A stretch of DNA of 54,186 nucleotides, counting the filler, from Jimgerdemannia flammicorona (lineage: Eukaryota): NCBI GenBank assembly GCA_003990765.1. It is 2 parts of 2 records of this genome, joined end to end, with 100 filler letters (N's around TTAATTAATTAA, not from the genome) between each part and the next. Parts side by side here need not be neighbours in the genome. Positions count along the whole stretch, not along the records: positions 27,148 to 54,186 come from RBNJ01000669.1; 1 more part is not named here. One strand, 5' to 3'. How positions within the stretch are numbered: the first letter of the stretch is position 1; each line of letters starts with the position of its first letter. Both the position numbers and the translations under genes were made by a program. The notes under the pieces were generated by a model. That model ran no database searches. It saw only the letters and a program-made list of their open reading frames with translations, and had not been told where the DNA came from. Below are positions 36,148-48,025 of the stretch, one piece after another.

Positions 36148-39100
36148 GTGGAGAACTTAGCAGGACCAAGTCAGCAACCAAACCAGGGGCAGCAACAGCC
36201 CTCCTCAGCAGAAAAGAAAACCCACACCCTTGTCAGAACAGTAGCCAGGACCCTATTCAACACCAGTAGCCAGAAAACCGAATCAGAAGAAAGAAGTGAC
36301 CCAGATTACGGTTTGACTTCAAGAGAAAGGAGACAACTCAGAGGACAACCAGAACCACCCCTTCAGATCCAAGACTTAGGCCAAGAAGAAGAAGAGGATA
36401 TCCCCGAGGAGTATCAGACCCTTATCCATAGGAAGAACTCAGACAGAAGTGACTATATAACTACTGTTGTTACTTGAGTTACTCCACTAGACCAGGTATA
36501 CTTTGAAACATCAGGAGAAGAGGACTACCATCCATATCAACCAGAGCAAGATGATGATTGGGGATCAGACTATCAAAGGGACAAATTCAACCTACACTAT
36601 TATCCAGACAGCAATACAAACCCACAACAAGGCAAACAAGACCTCACTACTTCACAACAGCAAGGGGCAGACGAACTCACTATCAGTTATATCAGTCCAC
36701 TCCCACCATCAGTTGCTCGAACTTCAGTACCCTGGTCACTCACACCTTGCCACTATCACTAGTCAATCAGAAGATCTCCACCACTACCCAGGACTTCAAC
36801 CCCAGCATTAATTAGAAGAGCCAGATTACCCTCACCCTCACCAAGACACCGCCCTCTGCCAGCACCACTAGTTCATCAAGTACTAGCACCACCACCTTCC
36901 CCATCACCCCAAGGATCTGCCAGATCCCCTACCCCTGAACAATACTCAGATAGTGAAGATGAGCCAGATATGAGCTACCTTCAGAAGTTCCATAGTGCAG
37001 ACAATGAAGATATTGAAGAATTCTTTGGAGAAATTGAAGTTCAAGCAGCTGCCAAACAATGGGATGTTGCAAGAAAACTCAGAATTGTGGAGTCACTCCT
37101 GAGAGGACCAGCCCTATAGAGGTATAATCAAGCCAAGCAAGCTGGAGGAGGAATCCATGCAGAGGAACTGAATGATGGCCTTCAACCTGATAGAAACCAT
37201 GTAGCAAGATACATGATTCACAAAGCCTGGCTCCGTGCCCAGTTCAATGGATTCAAGTGCCAACAAGAAGTACAGAAGGCTTTGACCTATATGAGCCAAG
37301 CTGCCAATGAAACTCCCAAGAGTTTCTACCATCGGATTCAAGCTCAAATGATCAAGGCAAACCTTCAACCAGCAGTCCAACTGGCTCTAGCCTCAACTAC
37401 CTTCCTCAATAGCTTATATACAGAACTCCGAAGGCAAGTTAACAGGATGGGATATCAAAACATTGAACAGCAAGTTGCTGGAGCACAAGGATGTTGGGAA
37501 GCAGATTATAGACCAGTACAACAAGTACAAGGCTATCATGAGCCAATCCGAGCTGAAATCCCAAGGACCCAAGGAACAACCATGGAGCAAGAGAATGCCT
37601 TCCTCAGAGCCCAGATAGCCAACTATAAAAACAGACCAGCACCCACAAATCCGACTCCATTCAGGCAACCACAGCAGCAGCCACCATCAAGAGTTCAAGA
37701 AGACCCCATGACAATACTCACCAAGCAAATGAAGGACCTGGCCATTGTGGTTGCCCAGCTGAAGAACCAAGGTAGAAGACAACAAGACTACCATTGTGAT
37801 AATAGACCAGACTACTGGCAACAAGACAACAGAGGTCCTGCCCCTGCACTACCAGCTGCAACTACAGTCTCATCAGTGACTGGTTCCTATGGTCCCATCT
37901 GCTTCAACTGCGGAAATCAAGGCCACATCCAGAGAAATTGTCCAAGGAATCAGTCCACCCAGTCTAATGACAGAAATGTCAACCTCTTTCAGGTAGATGA
38001 AGAGACTCAGGAGATGGAAGAAGAAGCAGCCTGGTTCCATGGTCAAGAAGATGACATCTACCCATACTTCGAGGCTTTTCCATCCAAGGTGACATGGGAA
38101 GCTGCCCCCACAGAGACCAGAGGATGAGGAAGACCATGAAGGAATCCTCTACCTCAACTGCCAGTAACAATATCCACAGGCAAGCATCTGCAACATGGCC
38201 ATTTTTCTTCAGACACTCCACAAGAACAGGAGAAGCAAGTTAGAAGAGATACTCCTGAACCAGAAGCTGGACCATCTAGGACAACCCCCAGCTCTACCCT
38301 GCCAGACCTTGAAGAAGATGAGCATATGAGCATAGAATCTTTAGCTGATGAAATGCCCATCAGGAATGAGAGACTACACCCCAAGAGACCAAGACACCAA
38401 AGAAGCAGCAAGCCCCATACAGCAGCCTCACTTTGGGAACATATCCGCCTACAGAATACTGGTCTTACAGTTGAGCAAGTCCTCAAGAATGCACCAGAAG
38501 TCAGGCGAAAATTCCTGAAAGAAGCCAAGAAAGATACCAAGAGACTTCTAGTCCAAGGACCACACACTCAAGAACCTAGCACTATCCACATAGCCCATGA
38601 GAGCCAGCAACATGAACATCAATCTACAAGACTCGCTAATGGAAAAGTGCATGGTGAAAATGCCAGAATTCTTGTCGATACTGGAGCAGTAGTATGCATC
38701 ATCACCCAAAGAATGTTGGAGCAAATTGGATGGGAAATAGATGAAGGAACCAAAGCAAGAGTTATCATGGCCGACAGATCAGCTTCCACACTCCTTAGAC
38801 TTGTCAGAGACATCTCCATTCAAGTCAGAAAGGCCTGCCTCAATGTACCCAAAGCTGTTGTGACCCCTGCAACCTCCTATGACCTGATCCTGGGAACTGA
38901 CTGGTTAAGCCGAGTTGGAGCCAATGTAGATATCAAGAAACAACTCCTGGTCTTCTCCATTTATGGACAGAAGCACAAGGTGCCCATTGACTCGAAAGGA
39001 TTATCCAAAAGGACGAATCAAGCCTCAGAAACAGAATGGCAAGGACATGGCGACACCCCCACCACTACCAAGGATGAAAGTGAGGCCAATTTTCTGCAAG

Positions 39101-42100
39101 AACTAGGAAGTGATTTCGATGCCCCAAGGGACCAAGAAAGCAAACAAGAAGACTCTTTCATTAGAGTTATTGGTGTTGAAGGTCTGGAAGAAAGCATTGA
39201 TAGAGCCATTAATGCAAGGGCAGCACTTGAGTTTGCAGGACCATCTGCTCAACCACCACTACCACTGGTAGAAAATCAGATCATACGAGCCTTTCATCAA
39301 GGCATATGTGAACATTTCATCAGCTTCCACTCACCAAGAGATGATTGCAGCAATTGCCGAATTCTGGATCTCAAGAAGGTTCCAATGCCAGAAATTAATG
39401 ATAAGGATGAATTGAAGCAAGCACCATTCTACAGTCGAATACAACCTCCAACCCCGAAGACCTTTAAGAAGACCTATAAGGGAGGACAGAAGATCCTCGC
39501 CCACCAAACATTCGAGTCCCTTACCATCGAAGGAGAAAGCAGCAGCTCTTACACTATCACCCGGGCCCTTCAGATCACACAGCCCACCTATGACAAGTAT
39601 CGGAAGAGATTCCCTACCAGTAGGAAAGTCAAACAGTGAAATGAAGACTTTGTTAAGAAGGGACATTGTGATTGTGGAAAGACCTTTACCTGCCACTGGT
39701 GTGAACATCGAGATGTTCACCTCAGTGAAGATGTCTACAAGAGCTGAGTCAAGAGAAAGGATCCCACTCTGCAAGAACCTCGAATTCACTGGGCCTGTTG
39801 GAAGTGCCCATGAAGGAGATTGCAAGTTCAAGAGCAAGACCTCTATCTGGGACCTACCATTGGAAGTTCTTGCCATCATTCGCTGGTACTGCCGCCCTCA
39901 TCAAGGAAAAGAAGGTATCAATCTTGCCTTCATCCTTATGGAAGCTCTGGACCCTCTAGGAAAGACTGGATTCAATTACACAAGAAACTCAAAGACAGGA
40001 GCTCATTGGCCTTTCTTCAAACTGGAGTGCATGGACTTCTCACCTACAATAGCAATAGCTGAAGCACCATTTCTCAAAGCTCAACCAATTATCCAGGTCA
40101 AGCTGCTTTCACCCTGGGCACAGCCACCTCTTGCACAAACAGAAGGATCAGTTGGTTATGACCTCTGCCTCCCCTACTAAGCAAGAATCTGACCTAGAAG
40201 TACCAGGATTTTTGACCTACAGATTGCACTTGTTATACCACCTAGGCATTATGGACAATTGGCCTCAAGATCCTCATTGGCAACCAAAGGAGTCACAGTA
40301 GAAGGAGGAGTCATTGATCAGGACTACCGAGGTCCCTTGAAGGCCATTATCCGCAATTCTAGTAGAACCAGCTAATTCTTCAGTTCTATGGAAGCCATCT
40401 GCCAAATCCTGTTTATCAAGACATCACAGTCGACCATCCAAGAGGTAGACCAACTAGAAGATACCAACAGAGGACAAGGAGGCTTTGGAAGCACTAATAG
40501 AAATCTACGGACACTACCTATCGAGATTCATTTAGCAATAGTTGCTCAATTCCAACAAATAAGACCCCACATCTGCTGCCCAATCCGAGCAAGAGAAGAC
40601 ATCCTCCTGCAGCCCTACCAGCAAAAAGGCCTAGATGTGCACCTACCAGTAGAAGCAAACAACTTGATATTTGCACCATCACTGGAGCTTCAAAAGGAAT
40701 ACTACATCCTCCTGGCTGAAGAATGAATTCATGACCAGATGTCACTGATCTACATCCCTATCAGAAACTTGGGCTTCGAAGTGATAACTATCCCCAAGGG
40801 AACAACACTGGGATATTTCGAACCACTGATAGACACCTACAAGGAAGAAGTCTTCGAATTCTTGGGAAACAGCAAGCTCTCTCTGGTGAGACTGACAGTA
40901 CCAGGGAGGAAGACTCAGCAAATTCAGCAATCAAAGCCATCAACATCAAGACAACTCTAACCAAGGATCAGCAACAACAGATACAGGAGTTGATAGAGGA
41001 GTATAAAGATATATTTACCACCACATATGATAACTTCCCACCATATCAATATGGAGAACACCCTATACATACTGGAGATGCAAGACCAATCCAACAATGA
41101 CCCTACCAAATACCACATTATCTGATTGAATTTGAACAACAACACATAGATGAAATGCTATAAAATGGAGTCATCAGACCATCATCAAGCCCCTGGGCTT
41201 CACCAGCAATCATAGTACCAAAGAAAGGAGGATGGAGATTAGTCGTGGATTTCAGAAAACTCAACAAAGTCACCACAAAAGATACCTACCCACTGCCAAG
41301 AATTGATGACCTCATCAATGCCCTCGGAAAAGCCAAATACATGACCACTACTGACCAGTTCCAAGGATTCCAAGTAATACTTAATGCCAAAGAAGATATC
41401 TGCAAGACAGCCTTCATCACCAGATGAGGACAGTATGAATACCTACGAATGCCCTTTGGACTCTGCAATGCACCCGCCTCATTCTAATGAATGATGAACT
41501 ATGTCTACCAGGACCTCATTGGAAGAAATGTACTAGTGTACATAGATGATGTAATCATCTACTCTGAGACATTCGAGTAGCATTTGCAAGACCTCCGTGA
41601 AGTATTCAATACCATTTGAAATTCAGGACTCAGACTCAATGCCAAGAAGTGCTTCTTCAGAAAACATCAAGTCGAATATCTGGGATATTTGTCTCAGCTC
41701 AAGGAACATATGCTGACCCCCACAAGGTGGAGAAAGTCAAGAACTACCCAACCCTGACCTCAGCAAAGGAGACCCTATCTTTCCTTATGCTGGCATCCTA
41801 CTATCGACAATTTATCCCAAGGTTTTTAGATAAGGCAGCACCTCTTCGAGATATCTCCAAGAAGGACCAACCATTCTACTGGAAAGAAGAACAACAAAAG
41901 TCATTTGACCTACTCAAGAAGGCCCTTACCAAAGCCCCTATCCTGGTGTGACCAGACTTTGGCAAACCATTTATCTTGGCAACTGATGCCTCAGCCTTAG
42001 GACTTGGATCAATTCTGTCTCAGCAAGATGACCAGAAGAGGGAGCATGTTATCGAATATGCTAGCAAGGCCACAAATGAAACACAAGCGAACTATGGAGC

Positions 42101-43615
42101 CACTAAGTTGGAATGCCTAGCAGTAGTTTGGGCTGTAGACCACTTCTGATACTATCTCTTGGGAAAGAGATTTGCCCTCATCACTGACCATCAAGCTCTA
42201 TAATGGTTGTTCAACAAGCTGGAGCCCTCAGGAATCTTCGCTAGATGGATTATGTCTCTGCAAGAATATCAGTTCACTATTGTCTACAAGAAAGGTGCTA
42301 AAAATTCCAATGTCGATACTCTGTCAAGAATCCCATGAAACCAACAAGAAGAGAAGGAGCCCCCACAAGAGAAGACTGCTTCCTGCTCACCCAAATGAAC
42401 CAAGAATTGCACCTTGCCCTCATCTGGAGTCTGCATCATAGAAGCTTCAAGAAAGGAATCTAACCAGCCCATAAGTTATTTATCCAAAGGAATTTCAAGA
42501 AATTCCAAGAAGGTGATGGCAAACTTTGAAGAGTAGAAAGAGAGCAGTACACCCAAGTTCCAAGAGAGGAAGAAATATTGAAGATCCTGACAACAAATCA
42601 TGACCAAAATGCACACCGAGGAATTGGCGCCACAATCGCAAGAATTAAGAAGCGATACTGGTGGCCCAAGATGAGAAAACAAATTTCAATGTATATTTAA
42701 CAATGTGATACCTGCCAAAGATACCGACAAAAGCCTACTGACAGAGCACTATTAATACTGATTGCAGCACCAGCTAGAGCCTTTCAAAGACTGGGAATAG
42801 ATATTATTAGACCCCTATCAGTAACCAGCCAAGGAAGATGCTACATCCTCACTATTGAAGACTACCTAACAAAATGGCCTGAAGCCTTTGCCATTGAGAC
42901 TGCCGATGCCCAGACAATTATTGGAATCCTGTATGATGAAATTTTCAGCCACCATGGTGTGCCCAAGGAAATCATTACAGACCAAGGCCGAGAATTCGTC
43001 AACCAAGCCATGAAGACCTTTGCGAGTAACTTCAAGATCAAGCTACGACCAACAACAGCCTACCACCCACAGGCAAATGGACTTACTGAACGAATGAACC
43101 AGACCATCAAGCGAGGTCTCAGTAGAACCGGAGATCAACTAAACTGGGATATCTATCTACCAGCAATTCTGTTCAGCATCTGTACCTCTAAGGCAACCAC
43201 TATTCAACAGACCCCCTTCTATTTGGTGTATGGCTGAGAAGTACAAGATCCTACTGAACCAGTCCAGCTAGATCTGTCAAAATGAGTCACAGAAGGGATC
43301 ACCCGGTTACATGACATATGCTAGCAAGCACGAGGATTTATCGCTAAGGCACAAGAATGACAAAAGAGGTACTATGACCGCAAAGCCGACCTCGAACCCC
43401 TGCTCATTGGACAAAAGGTTCTGGTGTACTATACCATCATAGAAGGAAATTGGAGTGCCAAGCTTGAACCAAAATGGGAAGGCCCCTATCTTATACACCA
43501 AGTATTCTCGAACCACACTTATCAACTCAAGACCTTGGATGGAGTTATACTCAAGACCAAGATACACCACAACTGCATAAGACTCTACTACTCAAGAGAA
43601 GTAAAACACATTTGA
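36148..43615 (+). pseudogene. gag-pol polyprotein (CCHC, protease, dUTPase, RT, RNaseH, integrase), disrupted
   Basis: CFNCGNQGHIQRNC; ILVDTGA; GSVGYDL...RSSL...GVIDQDYRG...RGQGGFGST; YIDD; LATDAS; TDQGREF, HPQANGLTERMN and KWEGPY; no chromodomain seen. Confidence 0.92.
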
Positions 43616-43811
43616 ACAATCCTATTCACTCTGTCTGTGTTGTCTCCACTGGAGATATAATGGACATTTCACTCGGAACTCAAGAAAGCCAACAATGTTG
43701 GAACCAGACTCAAGCCCATCCATGTGACAGACATTGTTACTAAGAAATTGCCTCGGATTATAAGAAATACTATTTCCGATGGGTTCGAACCCCCAGCCAT
43801 GACTATGGGAG

Positions 43812-43995
43812 CCCTCGCCCTAGACAAGGATGGCCAGTTCTCACAAATGTACCAACATTCTGCTCATTCCTGGAGTTAAGACCACCCAACTCTGTGTAAC
43901 CCTCACCCTAGACAAGGATGGCCAGTTCTCACAAATGTGCCAACATTCTGCTCGTTCCTGGAGTTAAGACCACCCAACTCTGTGTAACCCTCACC
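43812..43995. repeat. 88-bp tandem duplication upstream of the PPT
   Basis: CCCTC(G/A)CCCTAGACAAGGATGGCC...CTGTGTAA starts at 43812 and 43900. Confidence 0.9.
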
Positions 43996-44028
43996 ACCGA
44001 GGATGGCTCTAATTTTGCAAGAGGCAGA

Positions 44029-46330
44029 TGTGACATACGCAATTGACAATGGAGTACCGGTGACTGCTAAGATCAGATGACATAATGGCATGACAATTGA
44101 ATAGACAGCCTGACCCATTAGGTGATCACCCCAAAAGGAGCAATGATAATCCAAGCCAAAAGGAAGACTACGTTATTTAAAGAACTGTACCCTGCCTCAG
44201 GAATTAGCACCAAAGAACAAGTACCCACCACATAATGCCTCCTATCCACCACCCCAACCAGACCTTCTGCCACTCTTCCCCCTTACCTGGCCCAAAGACT
44301 CTAATCCTTGAAGCTATCAAGAAGGCTATTTGGCACCCAGACACCTCTGAACATCTGAACTTCTACACCGAGGATCTTGGACACTTCATCAATTATCAGT
44401 ACATAATGACCCAACAGCTCAAAGATACCACTGAATGAATGACCCTCTGGCATGATTACAAAATTGGACACCGCCTTCATAATGAAACCCAAGAAGGCGA
44501 CCAGGAAGACCTCATTGCTGAAATGTTAACCACCAGCCGGCTAATCAAGAGAGCCCTCTGTGTCCACCAAATCTTCCACCATATTCCCTGGGCTATAGCA
44601 TACTTACAAGGAGTGACTGCTGGAAGTCTTGCCCGTCTCTCAACTGAAGATGCAGACTGGATAGAATCAGAAGTAGCCGACTCTATTGGTAGTAACTGGG
44701 TCGCTGTAGGAAGCCAACAAACCAAGCCCACTCAACCAGGCTTTCACACTACTCCACTCCGAGACAACCATTAAGGTCACCTAATGAGTCTCATGGAAAT
44801 CTTCGAAGGACTACCTATTACCATTACAACACCTGTTGGAGCAACCCCAACTACTCACCACCCTGTCAGCTACAATTCGCACCTCATTATTTGGGAACCA
44901 AGTCAAGAAGTCCCAGAAGTCCCTACCAATATGGAAACTGAAGGATCTGAGGAAGAAGAAGAGGAGGAACAAAGAATCTATCAATCCTCTGTCTGTCTTC
45001 AAGCAGTCCAAGGGTTGGAGAATGTCATCAAAGATAATTGGCCACAATTCTACTCCCTCACCTCCTGGCCAGTGCTCCCACCCTTTGAAGAATAGAATGA
45101 AGAAGTCATAACCCAGCAAGATGATTGGTTCACTGACAAAGGATACTTTACCATTCAGTGATCCAATGTCCGTTTCCTCAGTCCAGTCAGCCAATGTTTG
45201 TCAGCAAGTCAGTAACATCCATTTCCAGTGATACTACCCCCAACAACTGAATCCGGCACTGGCACTCGCCTTATCCCAATTTAGTGATCCAACATCTGTT
45301 TCCTCAGTCTAGTCAGCCAATGTTTGTCATTGAGTCAGTAACATCCGTTTCCAGTGATACCACCCCCAACAACCGAATCTGGCACTGGCACTCGCCTTAT
45401 CCCAATTCAGTGATCTAATGTCCATTTCCTCAGTCCGATCAGCCAACATTTGTCCGTTTTCAGTGATACCACCCACAACATCCATATCCAGTACTAGCAC
45501 TCATCTTATCCCAATTTGGTGCAAACAATTGTTGCACCCATATTCAGCAATTAAACCACCACAATGTAGTATACCTTAGCCCCCCCCCTAGCTAGCAAAT
45601 TTGTATAAATAACCCTATATCTTAGAGTGAATAAACCTCAGTCAGTTTGTGTTTAAAAGTAAAAAGGATTATAAAGAAACCTCACTGCCTCCAAGAGACC
45701 AGATAAATTCTGAGAACAAGATAACTAGAGTAATGATCACTCAAGATTTGAGTTAAAGAATTTTCTCTTGCCATGGAAAATGTTCAAGATTCGCCACTAA
45801 GGAAAGCCGCATGAAAAGCCATTCAGTTCAGTTTAAAGACCTGCTGCTAAAGGAAAGCCACACAAAAAACCACCAACCACCACCGAGATCCTGCCAGCCC
45901 AACCATCGTGCATTTCGACCCAACCATTGTTTGTTCGACCCGACTGCCGTGCATTCAGAACCAACTGCCATTCAAGATTCAAGACCACGCATTCGAGACC
46001 CGCTATTCAAGTGTTAAGACCCCAGCCAAGGAATCCAAGGATACTTAGCTTAGGAAAGCCAGCACCATTGTCATTCACCTAACAAGTCAGACAGACAAGT
46101 TCTCCTTTACCCACTATGCTATGAACCGTGTATATTTAAGAAGTAATTCACCGCTAGGAAAATTCATAAACCACTAAACAACCGAGCCTCCACCATATGA
46201 ATCAGATGAACCGATCATGTGACCATCGACCTGCAACCATCGCAAATGCACTCAGTCATATACCGGTGCTCCACCAAGTGGCATATTGAGCTATGCTTGA
46301 AGCAACTAGAGATACAAACCATATACCACA
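44029..46330 (+). repeat. 3' LTR (2302 bp)
   Basis: Direct repeat of 33760-36078, with a short deletion in the third 126-bp unit. Confidence 0.95.
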
Positions 46331-47512
46331 ATAGATAAATTATATATTTTCTAAAAAATAAATAATTACTTTATTATTGATTAAAATATCAATTTAATAA
46401 TATTTATATTTAAATTATAATAAATTAATAAAGTGAAAATTATATAACATTGGCTCATTTTTGTCCCTCACTATAGACTAATAGCCCTACTGCATCTGAT
46501 ATAGTAGAGCTACTGGATAATAATAAGCTTAAGTTAATAAGGATATATATAGTATTTAAGAGAAGAGAAGAGAGAGAGAGAGAGAGAGATAGAAGAAGAT
46601 TTTAGCCTATATTATCTAGATTCTCTTCTAATAAAAATCTGTGGAATATAGAGTCTATTTAAAATAACTAGTCCTACTTCTATATATTTGAAGAAGCTCA
46701 AAAATATACTCTTATACTCCTGATATCTATTTTTAATACAGAAGATAACTAAGGATAAAACTATATCTAATTTGATATCAATTTCTCTTTTTATTTACTT
46801 ATATAATTTCTCTTATAGTTTATTTTATATTATATATAATTATCTTATCTCTATACTATATATTATTTTTATTTCTATATTATATACTTATCTACTCTTA
46901 TTTTTATATTATCTATTATTATCTTACATTACTGATACTTGTAGAATACCTATTATCCTTATTCTATAGTATTCTTTACTTTTGTAAGCTACTCTAAATC
47001 TGAGCTACATTTTAGATAAATAATAATATTCTGAGATATAAGAAGATAGCCAGTTAGATAGCTTATAGTATTCATATATAATTATAAATTTATATTCTTA
47101 TCTCAACTATATCTATAATTTGAGTAAATTAATCTCAGTTAGCCATTTATTAGTTATTATAAAGAAAGAGTTCAAAGTGAAAACTTAGTAAAATATATAC
47201 TACTACTACTTCTAAGAGATCAGAATTCTAAAAAATGATACTATTTAGAGTATGAGCTTAGAGTTAAAGTTGATAAATTTCTCTTATTAAGAAAGAAAAA
47301 TAACTATTAGAAAATATCCACTATTGGGAAATAAGATTAAGTAAACTATTATAGTTAAAGAAAATAACTCTAAGGATATTTCAACCTACCAGAGAACTCT
47401 GAGAAACTGCAAAAATAATTACTAGAAACTATATAAATGACTACTTATTCTAAATATCTGATCCTATAATAACTAACTCAAATATCAGATATAAATATTA
47501 TAATAATTTTAT

Positions 47513-47870
47513 AGTTATATTTTAGTCTTAGTATTATTTTTTTTGGCATCTTTCTACTAGTCTTTTCTTGATGCTAAATAGTACTAAGTACATATCTAGT
47601 TATAGAATCTTTTGGAATATTGTAGAATTTTATTAGTCATCTTTACCAAGAACCTATTTCTTAGTCTTTCTCTTCTTTTCTAAGGTTCTTCTAGATCTTT
47701 CTTTCAGATCTTATATAAATATCCTTATTCTCTATTTAAATAAAGCTTAGAATATTTTTTTCTAGAATTCTTCAAGAATACTTAAATCTACAAGAATTTC
47801 TTTGATCTACTTTAGATCTACTAAAACTATCAGATTTAGCTACTTCCTCTTAAAGAAACTAGAACTAATA
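47513..47870 (+). mobile_element. Degenerate LTR related to 48026-48418
   Basis: Collinear similarity (CATCTTT(A/G)CCAAGAAC, TATATAAATATCC, AATAAAG, GAAACTAGAACT). Confidence 0.7.
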
Positions 47871-48025
47871 TAAATATAAATAAATTGAATAGTAAATAAA
47901 CTAAACATTGAGTTAGAAATATTATTGATATATTATAAAAAAAATATTATATAGGTAATTTAATAATATATTAAGCTGTATATTTACAGATAAAAGATAT
48001 AAATTATATACTATATCATCTATAG

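Larger units (their letters stand above)
33760..46330 (+). mobile_element. Full-length Ty3/Gypsy LTR retrotransposon (12.57 kb) with dUTPase
   Basis: TG...CA LTRs; 4-bp TSD ATAG (33756-59, 46331-34); PBS; purine tract 44019-44028; gag-PR-dUTPase-RT-RH-IN order. Confidence 0.95.
32278..46473 (+). mobile_element. Tc1/mariner DD34E element with about 215-bp TIRs; right TIR split by a Gypsy insertion
   Basis: Left TIR about 32278-32494; right TIR 33682-33759 plus 46335-46473 is its inverted copy; TA follows the right end. Confidence 0.9.
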
